The notes below the pieces were generated by a model. That model was not told the DNA's origin and did not search any database. It was given only the letters and a program-made list of their open reading frames with translations. A DNA stretch of 64,000 bases from Cyanophora paradoxa CCMP329 (lineage: Eukaryota > Plantae > Glaucophyta): NCBI GenBank assembly GCA_004431415.1, contig QPMI01000039.1:248001-312000 (forward strand), in the 5' to 3' direction. Numbering within the stretch: the stretch's first letter is position 1; every line of letters starts with the position of its first letter. Shown in pieces: positions 55,154 through 64,000 of this stretch. Both the position numbers and the translations under genes were made by a program.

Positions 55154-56002
55154 ATGACCGAGTACAATCGGGTCCAGCTGCCTATCTACTCGCTGGGCTC
55201 CCCAGCCATCCATATGAGGCAGCATGAAGTTAGCGATGCTATTGCTGGATTAGAGTCCACTGAGCGTCCAAACTCAACTAATGCGTTTGATCAGCGATCA
55301 GTGATTCGCTGTAAAGAATTGCGCGCAGATAAAAACTCTGGGGTTGTAAAAACAACACGATTATTAGTTACTAACGCGAATTTCTCCCAGCCCATAACAG
55401 GGGGAGTTGATTCGTACAGTGTTGACCTCCGAAGCATAAACTATGATCAAAACACTGCTGCCCTCACTGTGCGCTCTGGGGGAGCAGCTATTTTAGGAGG
55501 CTGCCGAGTTAGTGGGGGCCTATCATCATCGATTGCCATCAATGATGTCCCAGACTTTTCAGTAGAGAATGTCGAAAATCGTAAACGAGTTCGCATGTAT
55601 GTACCTTGCTGTGACCTTCCCTATGCACAAGCTCTAGTAGAAGTTGAAATAACCATAGCTAATTCAAGTACACCAAATGGTCTGGATGGTGAGAGGTTGC
55701 TTTCAAACAGAGAAATCCCTAAAGCATTACAATCTCTCTGTCAGGATCAAAATGACCAGATAGGGCATGTGTATACGTTCTTTGTGCAAGGTCTTGGACA
55801 TGCTGGGCGGGGATACGTAGTTCGTAATATTAATACAAGGCACCTTTTCGATTTATATGCTACTGCAATAGGCCGATACTCTATCCTAATCATCGGCTAT
55901 CGCTCCGATGTGGCTGCATCAGTGGCTACTAGAGGGCTGAACGTTGATCCAGCACTGAATAATATGTATGAGGAAGGCAATCCGGAAAATCCTATACCTT
56001 AA
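55154..56002 (+). CDS. Fibre-family paralogue 3 (shared N-terminal domain, non-C1q head)
   Basis: HEVSDAIAGLESTE..IRCKELRADKNSGVVKTT..VRSGGA. Confidence 0.75.
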   Translation: MTEYNRVQLPIYSLGSPAIHMRQHEVSDAIAGLESTERPNSTNAFDQRSVIRCKELRADKNSGVVKTTRLLVTNANFSQPITGGVDSYSVDLRSINYDQNTAALTVRSGGAAILGGCRVSGGLSSSIAINDVPDFSVENVENRKRVRMYVPCCDLPYAQALVEVEITIANSSTPNGLDGERLLSNREIPKALQSLCQDQNDQIGHVYTFFVQGLGHAGRGYVVRNINTRHLFDLYATAIGRYSILIIGYRSDVAASVATRGLNVDPALNNMYEEGNPENPIP

Positions 56003-56030
56003 ATGAAAGTTTTATCTTCTGTTTTCTAAA

Positions 56031-56864
56031 ATGGAAGCTGTTGAAAGAATAGTAGTTCCATCGTTGACCCTCGCCGCTCCAGCCAACCACGTCCTGCAGC
56101 ATGCAGTTTCAGATGATGTGCCCGGCCTAGAGTCCACAGAGCAGCAGCCAACTCTAAACACCTTCCGGGAGAATCACATATTACGTTTAGGCGAGGTTCG
56201 ATGCGACAAAAATAATGGGACAATAAAAACAACAAGTCTCCTTGTAACCAATGCAAACTTTAATTCAAATTATGGGGATCCTGATAGCTATGACGATGCT
56301 AATAAGGTCAATACTTTTACCTTTGAATCAAGAACAGGTGCCGTCACCTGCAGGTCCGGAGGTGCTTATATTGGAGATGGCCTGAGAGTGGGCGGAGCTG
56401 CTTGTGCCCCTATATTTGTTAATGATCAACCAAACCCTGAGAATATGAATGAGAGAATTCGAACCTATGTGCCTTCTATGAATTCGCCTTACATTATTAA
56501 ACTTTTCACGCTAAACATAAATGAGCAAACATCAATCGTAGATAACGTTCAGCCACTCGGAAACCATTTCAAGAGTGTTGTTGATATTCCCCCGGATATC
56601 TACTTCCTTTGTAGGAGAAATGATGCTCTCCGGCCAAACATAGCTGTTTTAATTAATCCTATTGACAATTTTGGTGTCGCTTTCCATTCTACTCCAGTGG
56701 GGGTTGAAGATTACCAGTTTATTGTGAGGGCTACGCTAATGGGCGCCTACAAAATCATTCTATTTGCCGAAAGAACAGATGTGATTGCAAATGGTGTCAA
56801 GTACGGGGAGACCTTCAATTCAAATCGTTATTTCCCGATTGGAGGGGCTGATCCCAACCCATAG
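56031..56864 (+). CDS. Fibre-family paralogue 4
   Basis: HAVSDDVPGLESTE..EVRCDKNNGTIKTT..CRSGGA; C-terminal half related to paralogue 3. Confidence 0.75.
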   Translation: MEAVERIVVPSLTLAAPANHVLQHAVSDDVPGLESTEQQPTLNTFRENHILRLGEVRCDKNNGTIKTTSLLVTNANFNSNYGDPDSYDDANKVNTFTFESRTGAVTCRSGGAYIGDGLRVGGAACAPIFVNDQPNPENMNERIRTYVPSMNSPYIIKLFTLNINEQTSIVDNVQPLGNHFKSVVDIPPDIYFLCRRNDALRPNIAVLINPIDNFGVAFHSTPVGVEDYQFIVRATLMGAYKIILFAERTDVIANGVKYGETFNSNRYFPIGGADPNP

Positions 56865-56895
56865 AATCTTTGTTTTTATATATAGCCCATACTAG

Positions 56896-57240
56896 ATGGA
56901 TTTGCTCCGTAAATGCATGGAGATGTTCCATCTCAACGTCACCAGCAAATTGAAATGCAGCTGCTGCGAGACAACTATTAACCTCGAAATATCTGACACT
57001 GAGGGGTCGCGCACCCCTGATACTCAGCTATCGCCTAATAACACACCCGGGACTTCAAGGTCCAATTCTCCTTTTACACGATCTGACTCACCTGTACCAT
57101 GGCTTGATTCTGATAACCGAAGATCGTCTTGGCCACCCCCAAATATCCCAAAGCCCCTGAAAAGAAAGAAGTCCCTGCTATCAAGTTTCAGAAAGGAGAA
57201 GACTCCAGTTTCGGAAAAGCAACCAGATCAAGTGGAATGA
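56896..57240 (+). CDS. Small Ser/Pro-rich protein; stop codon overlaps the TIR edge
   Basis: 114 aa; CSCC; upstream TATATA. Confidence 0.55.
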   Translation: MDLLRKCMEMFHLNVTSKLKCSCCETTINLEISDTEGSRTPDTQLSPNNTPGTSRSNSPFTRSDSPVPWLDSDNRRSSWPPPNIPKPLKRKKSLLSSFRKEKTPVSEKQPDQVE

Positions 57241-57781
57241 GGCCGCACCAGACCGCTCTGGGGGCCCCTACCGCTTGGGAGGTTGCCCCTGGTCGCAGAC
57301 AAGCAGCGACGCTGCGCCAAGCGCCTAGATAGAGCTCGCCCCCGCGCTGTGTCTCACGTTCGCTCCAGACTGTAAACACGCCCAGCTAGTGCTGAACCCG
57401 TTTCCTCAGTTAGCTTCGCTGTACACATCATTATCGCCTAGCTAGCGCTGAACGTGTTTCCTCAGTTAGCTTCTCTGTACACATTAATATCGTCTAGCCT
57501 ATTCTGTCCCGTTGCTCTGCAGACCGCGCTCAAGGGGGGCCGCGCTCCTCTTCGTCTCTTCTACTTGATAGCACTGTCTTGAATAGACATGAGCTATTGC
57601 TAGGCTTTGACCTAGGGAAAAGGCCGGCAGACGTAACAAGAGAGCGGGGTAGACGTAACGAGAGAGCGGGGTTGAAGGGAGAGTGGGGTGGACGCTAGGG
57701 CTGGTGCAGTAAGCGAGGGGGTGAGGGGATGGGGGTGGTGGAGAGGGGTGGGCCACCGCGGTGGGCTCTCTCTCATTTTTT
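57239..57781 (-). repeat. Right terminal inverted repeat of the Polinton (543 bp)
   Basis: Mirror of 1142-1682, ends GGGCTCTCTCTCATTTTTT, followed by the TSD CGTATT. Confidence 0.96.
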
Positions 57782-57787
57782 CGTATT

Positions 57788-60700
57788 GTGTCTTGTACGC
57801 CCGGCAGTTCGCAGAGTCCGACATAGGCACATCATCAATCGCAATGCATATGGCGCCGCACACGCGAACGGAATTGCAGCCGGCCACGCCCACGGCACCT
57901 CCGGCAAAGAGCACTGGCGGCCAGGAGAGCTCACAGCAGATGCAGCCACAGCTGCAGCTGCAGGGCGAGGGCTCTGCGGCTGCATCGACGTCGATCGCAG
58001 CTGCAGCTCTCTTGGGGGCGCCGGCGATTTCGAGACCTCCGGCCACGGGCGGCGCCAGCTGCAGCGCCGGGGGCGATCGCGAGAAGAAGGCGCCTGCCCC
58101 CCTTCTCACCGCTTCCTTTAGCGCTCTGCTCGCTGCGAACTCCAGATCCCAGCCCGCGAAGCCCTCGAGCTCTACGCCAGCGCCGTCGGCCGCGCCGGTG
58201 CAGCCTCCGACACGCGACAACCCGTTCCAGCCTGCAGCTGGTGCGCAAATACTTAATCCGCCTCCCAGGCCCGGCCCTGCAAGGCCTCTTGCATTTGTGA
58301 CCCTCTCAAAAATTCGAAATCTCATGATCAGCAGAACTGCCGGCGCCCATCGCGCCGCCGGTGCCGGACTGGAGCCGGGTGCCGCAGGAGGCCGTGCCCC
58401 TTGCCGAGAACCTCGCCGCCGTCCTCCGCGCCCTCGCCCCCAAGATGAAGCCCGGCGCCGTGCGCCCGCGCCCCATCTTCCGGCCCCGGCGGACGCGCAC
58501 GCTCACGAGGAGGGGGGTACGCATGCGGCGCAGAGTGTGAGTGGGGCGGTTTTGGGGCAGGAATTCAGCTCTCGGTTCAAGCCCTTCAAGGTCCGCCCGT
58601 ACCCCCCTAGCCCGAAGCGGCCCTCTGAGCCCGCCGCAGGAGCACGTGACGCCCGCCCTGCGATCCGCCGTCGCCTTCAGAGGCCCGCCCCGCCCCCCGC
58701 CCCCCGCCCCCCGCCCCCCGGCTTGCTCGGCCGCTGAGGGGCGGGGCGGGGGCAGGGGCGAAGTGCCCCGGGGACCCGGCCTCGCTGGCGAGCCTCCTCC
58801 AGTTCCTCTTCCCCACCTCCGTCCGCGTCTCCTTCGCCAAGGCCCGCCGCCCTCTCCCAGCGACGGCCGCGGCGGGGCGGGGCGGCTGAGGCGGGGGCGC
58901 AGGGGCAGCCGGCGGTGGCGCTGGCGGGGGGGCCCGGGGCCCTCGACGACGACCTCGCCGCCCTCCGCGAGGCCGCCCGCCGCGCAGAGGCCGCCCCGGT
59001 GCCCCCGAGGGAGGCCGGGCAGGGCGAGGAGAAGGGCAAGGAGCAGGAGAAGGGCAGGGAGCAGGCGCCCAGCGGGCGGCGGAGCCGCAGCCCGCCGCCG
59101 ATCGCGAGGTGCGGCCCGGCCCATCATTAGCCCTCTCGCTGCCGCTCGCGCCGCCGCTGACATGCACGAGCCTCATGATCAGCCCGCGGCGCTCCGGGGG
59201 CGCCGCAGCGCGAGCCCGCGGCGCTCGGGAGGGCGCCGCAGCCCGAGCCCCGTCTTCCACGGGAGCAGGGACCGCGCCGCGCCGTGGGGCCGGGCAGGGG
59301 CGGGCCGCGATCGCGAGCCCGCAGCCGGAGCCGCAGCCGCAGCCGGAGCCCGCGGCGCGGGACGAGCCCCAGGCGCAAGCAAAATAAGAGGCGAGCCGCC
59401 GGCGCCAGCGTCCCGCTGCGCGCCCGCCCTCTCTGACGGCGCGCGACTGCAGCCCACCGGCACCGGTGCCGCGCCGCTGGCAAGTGCAACCCGTCGTCCA
59501 AATTAAATTATATAATTAAACAAGCTTGCTTTAATTTCTCCTCGAGCTCTAATATGACTCGCTTTCGCGCTCCGCGCGTGCGCAGGGGCGGCCGGTGCGC
59601 GCCGGCGCCGGCGCTGCCCAGGACCCTCGCAGAGCTCCGGCAGCGGCGGGAGCTGCGGCTAGCGAGGTCCGCGGGCCGTGATCATGAGCGCTATAGCTAG
59701 ATCTCCATCCTCGCCCTGTGTTTACCCTCGCCCTCCATCTCCATCAAGACGATGGCCCGCGCTCCGATTAAATTCGCGCGAGCAGATCTAGAGAGGAGGT
59801 CGAGGTCCGACGGCAGCGGGAGCTGCGCGAGCTGCGGGAGTCGATCGCGAGGTCCGCCGGCCCCGCATACCCCGGGGGGCCGCGGCGTGACTCACGCGCC
59901 CGGCGTACCCCTCAGGTCCGTCTCGTCGGGCCGGAGGGACGAGCGGTCGCGGGGGCGGCCCCGGGGCAGCCGCAGCCGCAGCCGCAGCCGCAGCCGCAGC
60001 CGTGATCGGAGCCCGCCGCGGAATTCGAAGGGGCCGGAGCGGGACGGCACCGCCTCCGCCCGCGTCGACGTCGACGTCGCGGCCGCCCTCGAAGCGCGCA
60101 CCATTTCCTGTACCCCCGCCCCCGCCCGGCTCAGATCTGACAGAGGGGCCTGCAGGATCCGGGCGCGGTGGCCATATGCATGGATGCGCAGCAGAACAAG
60201 TCGGACGGAGACCCGCAGGCGCACAAAGAGGCGGGCGCGGGGGCTCCTCTGCCGGGTACCAATTGCAACTCCGCCTCGCAATCAAGCTCAAGCTCTGCCT
60301 CCGCGGCGCCGGCCGCCCCGGTCGACGATGGGCGGCCTCCGCCGCTCGGGGCCGCCACCGCCGTCCTCCCCCCGGGGCCCCCGATCCCTGTCCCCGCTAC
60401 CCAGACCCCGCGGGCCGCCCCCTCCCCCCCGGGGCCGCGGCAGGGACTCGCCCCCACCCATCGCGATCGGAAGCCGGTCTCGCCCCCAGCCATGGCCCGA
60501 TCGGGGGGCGCGGCGCCCCTGCCGGACGCCGAGGCACCGGCCGGCCATGGCGAGCTCGGCCTCGGCTCGAATCCCGCGATCAGGGAGCTCGACGACTTCT
60601 GAGCCTGAATTCGTCTACAATGTACATAATCAAATGCGTGAATCAGGGACAAGTGCATCCGCGAATCAGAAATTCACGACAACGTCTTGCCGATGCGGAT

Positions 60701-62735
60701 GCGCGGAACCGGAATACTATGGGTACGGTTGGCGGATCAAATTAGCGCGGAAAAAAGCAGTGGAGGGGGGGGGATCGAGGGGGAGATCTAGAGGAGAAGA
60801 GGAAGCAGATCGAGGAGATCTAGAGAGAGAGAGATATTAATGAAAGGGAGACTACAGGCTAGCTAGCTATATAGCTAGGGAGAACCGGCCCGGAGAGGGT
60901 CCGGCCCGGCATGGGAAGAAATTACTATGTATAAGGAAGTCCTATATAGAGAAAGAAATTGAAAGAGGGGCCGGGAAAGCAAAAAGATACAGCTCCCTAT
61001 AGGCCTAGGCGTCGCGTCGGCTCGGCAACGTCGATCGATCGCAAGAATGTCGACGTCGATCAAAAGGAAGAATAACAAGAAGGAATCGATCCGCGAGGTC
61101 TGCAGTCGACTTCCTCCCGAGGTTCGAGAATTCACGCACAGGCAAAGCCGAGCGCGAAAACCGAACGCTGACGCATGCGCAAACATTGCAGGGCCTGTCA
61201 TTTGAGGGGATTCAAGATTCGGTGCCGCGCGCTCGCGCCCCCATTTCTTGGGGAAATATTTTCTATGCCTCACGTGCACGCCTTTGAGCTCGCAGGTGGA
61301 ACGCAGTCGACAGGGAGACGCCGTGTCGGAAAGAACCACGAGAAAAGTCCTTGTGCTTACTCGAGCTCGATTTCCTTGCAATTAGGAGCATGCTTATCGC
61401 TTACTGTGCGGCACACGCCTCAGAGCGAACTGCGGAAGGCACGTATCATCAAAGCAGAGCGAATCCCCGGCAGTTTGCGAGTTGTGTACAAACGGCAAGT
61501 TCCCAAGGGGCCACCCGCGGCCGGGGCTGCCGAAGCGCGCCCTAGCGGCACGTGCACAGAACGGTCCCCGGATCGACACGAGCCTCCCCTTCCGCGGTTC
61601 GCGCTTTTCATACGCGCATGCATCGGAAATCGATGAGCTGAACGCTCAGTCCCTCGAGCTCCGCCGGATTGGAATCGTCAACAAACAAGAATTCGAAGAA
61701 GCTTAAGGATGCTTTCTTCGAGGTCTGCAATCGGCTCCCGAAGCAGGTTCGAAGGTTTAATTTGCGCCTCTAACCAACTCGAATTGGATCGATATCAGGA
61801 GCGCTAGCGCTGACGCTCTGATGCAGGGCCTCACTGCGAAGCAGATCATCGAGGAGGTGGCTTTTTAATTTCCAGTCGCATATTTACTAGTTGTAGCAAA
61901 CGTGTAAGATCCAATCCGCACCGTGATCGCGCCTCAGGTTCGTCGAGAGCATGGCCTTGTTGTATCTCGATCCTACGCGGGCGTCCTCCTTGTTCGTTCC
62001 TGCATGCCGCCGATGATGGTCTCTATAATGTGTCAAGGACTCCAGGACCTTGCCGACTTGTGTCGCTGATATTGATATCGATAACAGACGAAGTTGGAGA
62101 GCGACAAGCGCGTCGGCGCCATCCGCAACCCCGACAATTCGACCGCCCCAATCGTTTACGTCCCCGGAGCCACGAAGGCGCCGGACGAGGAGTGCGCCCA
62201 TTATCGTGTCGTAATTTAAAGCCAGCAGTAGCGTATATCCTTGCTATTTTCTCCTTTAGCTACTTATTTCTATTCATGATCATAACCATGGCGCCGGCAC
62301 ATATGCATGCTTATGCTGCTTATGCTGCTCATGCCTCTCGACCTTCGCGGTGAAATCACTCGTAGATCGACCACCACGGAGAACGATCGCGACGATCAAG
62401 AAGTAGAGGAGGAGGAAGATCTAGAGGACTTGGAAGATTTTTCAGATGACGTCGGCGGTGGTGATATCGATGAGCTCGAGCCCGCGGCCGCGGCGGTGTA
62501 CGAGTCCCACTCGAGCTCGGCGCCGCCGCAAGCTGCATCGATATCGTCACCGCGTACGCGTACGCGTTTGCGTGCCTCGAGGTCGTTTCCCGATGCATCG
62601 GCTCCGCCAACTGCGAATTCAGATGAAGTCGACGATGACGTGCCTGTGACCGAGATGAAGCGTAGGCGCCGAATGACAGCGACGCCGCCGCCCCTCAGCT
62701 GCGTTTCGCCAATCTCTTCGCCCAAGATGCCGGCG
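57788..62735. other. GC-rich eukaryotic host DNA, probably intron-containing low-complexity gene(s); unidentified
   Basis: Very high GC, overlapping low-complexity ORFs, short AT-richer gaps with GT...AG; similar in character to 1-1135. Confidence 0.4.
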
Positions 62736-63006
62736 CACACATAAAGATAAACGTATTTTTAACCCTCGCGTTCCGCTCAGGTTAAAAATACGTTTATCTT
62801 TATGTGTGTTAATACATATTTTATATAAATTTAACATGATATTATACATATTTATATGTAATTATCGATGTGAAAATGATAAATTCGATATAACCACGAT
62901 TAAGTTTTATGCAAATTCGATATAATCACGATATATTTAATGTAAATCCGATATAATCCCGATTGCGTTTATCGTAAACAACTACAATTTACTGCGTGAT
63001 TCATTT

Positions 63007-63638
63007 AATGATAAGGTGGGGCGGTGGGGTCTGGTTGGGTCTGTTTTTCGAATTGCTATAAATTTCATGGCGTTCTAAATTTTTCTGAAAAGTGACCCCA
63101 CCACACCCCACCACCCCACCCTATCGATTAATTTATACTTCCACACTTAATTATATGGTAATTTCAATCTAATATATATCAATTTGAATAGTGGAATTGT
63201 TATGTGTTATGGTAATGGTTGGGTGTATGGTGGGGTGTAATCTCTTACGTAATTCAGTGTGGGAATCTCTACGATATAGAAGCGGAAATTAACATGTAAA
63301 TACCGTTAGATCTGTACAGGTTGGGTGTAAATACCGTTAGATCTGTACAATGTGGGTGTAATCTCTCTCGTATTACAGTGTTAATACTAACATTTTATAT
63401 ATTTATCGATGCGGTGGGGCGGTGGGGTCTGGTGGGGCATGTTTTTGAAATTCATTATTTTTGGGGATCCGCTCAAAATTTTCTTGAAATTTGATCCCAC
63501 CACACCCCACCCTCCCACCCTATCCATTAATTCATACATCACACACTTATTTATATGGTAATTTCAATCTAATATATAGCAATTTGAAAAGTGGGAATGC
63601 TATAAATTATGGTAACGGTGGGGTGTAGGGTGGGGTGT
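63007..63638. repeat. Two ~230-bp direct repeats, each with GGTGGGG tracts facing CCCCACC tracts
   Basis: ~63007-63240 and ~63405-63638; a 24-bp tandem TGTAAATACCGTTAGATCTGTACA lies between them. Confidence 0.8.
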
Positions 63639-63904
63639 CATTCCTTACTGATTCACGTAAGATTAACTCGGAAACCGCGCTACTCTATGCTTCTCCGCTC
63701 TCTCCAAACCGCTAAACATACACGTTACCCTCTCTTCTATCATCTCCTTTATTACTGATGTCTTACGCTCCGCTTCCGTATTCTTACCATCAATCGTGCG
63801 AAATTCAAAAAGTCCCGTGAGCAACCGAAAATGATTTAAGGAGAACGCGATACATTGGGGTAAGAAGAAAAATATTTTCTCTGTTTCAGATAAGTAAGGA
63901 TCAA

Positions 63905-64000
63905 ATGGCGGTTAATATTAATACGGATCGCATGGCTTACATGTTTAATGACCTCCCGATTTTCGATGAGGGTTTCGAGTCGACGCCGTTTCTTGCGGAA
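63905..64000 (+). CDS. 5' fragment of the first ORF of the second element (MAVNINTDRMAYMFNDLPIF...)
   Basis: Open to the window end; too short to identify. Confidence 0.4.
   Translation, partial: MAVNINTDRMAYMFNDLPIFDEGFESTPFLAE

Larger units (their letters stand above)
1142..57781. mobile_element. Integrated Polinton/Maverick-like virus (pPolB + RVE integrase + capsid module), carrying two nested insertions
   Basis: TIRs 1142-1682 and 57239-57781; identical 6-bp flanks CGTATT at 1136-1141 and 57782-57787; hallmark pPolB, integrase, A32 ATPase and capsid-like genes inside. Confidence 0.96.
62737..64000. mobile_element. Left end of a second, divergent hairpin-ended AT-rich element (runs off the window)
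   Basis: Sharp GC drop; starts (C)ACACATAAAGA with a 28-29-bp perfect stem (62736-62764 / 62780-62808); subterminal CGATATAAYCNCGAT repeats like those at 17038-17155. Confidence 0.85.

Overview
GC-rich eukaryotic host DNA carrying a nest of mobile elements. (1) An integrated Polinton/Maverick-like virus at 1142-57781 has ~540-bp TIRs and a perfect 6-bp target-site duplication (CGTATT). It encodes pPolB, an RVE integrase, an A32-like packaging ATPase, a probable double-jelly-roll major capsid protein, two penton-like proteins, a patatin lipase and a fibre/C1q gene array. (2) A 1.9-kb GC-rich, A-tailed, VNTR-containing retroposon with a 15-bp TSD splits the capsid gene. (3) A 31-kb AT-rich element (16702-48006) sits inside the virus and is almost entirely one inverted repeat (12.7-kb arms around a 932-bp unique core). 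It has a terminal hairpin with three GCGAAGC mini-hairpins, a 62-bp subterminal array and iteron-like modules. It encodes an AEP/D5 primase-helicase, T5orf172, RING and winged-helix proteins, but no recognisable capsid, integrase or family-B polymerase. (4) A divergent second member of that hairpin-ended family starts at ~62737 with the same terminal sequence (ACACATAAAGA) and runs off the window. The hairpin-ended palindromic replicon family is the best candidate for an undescribed system. Scattered 1-bp homopolymer frameshifts look like sequencing errors. All protein calls are by motif recognition only; no searches were run.
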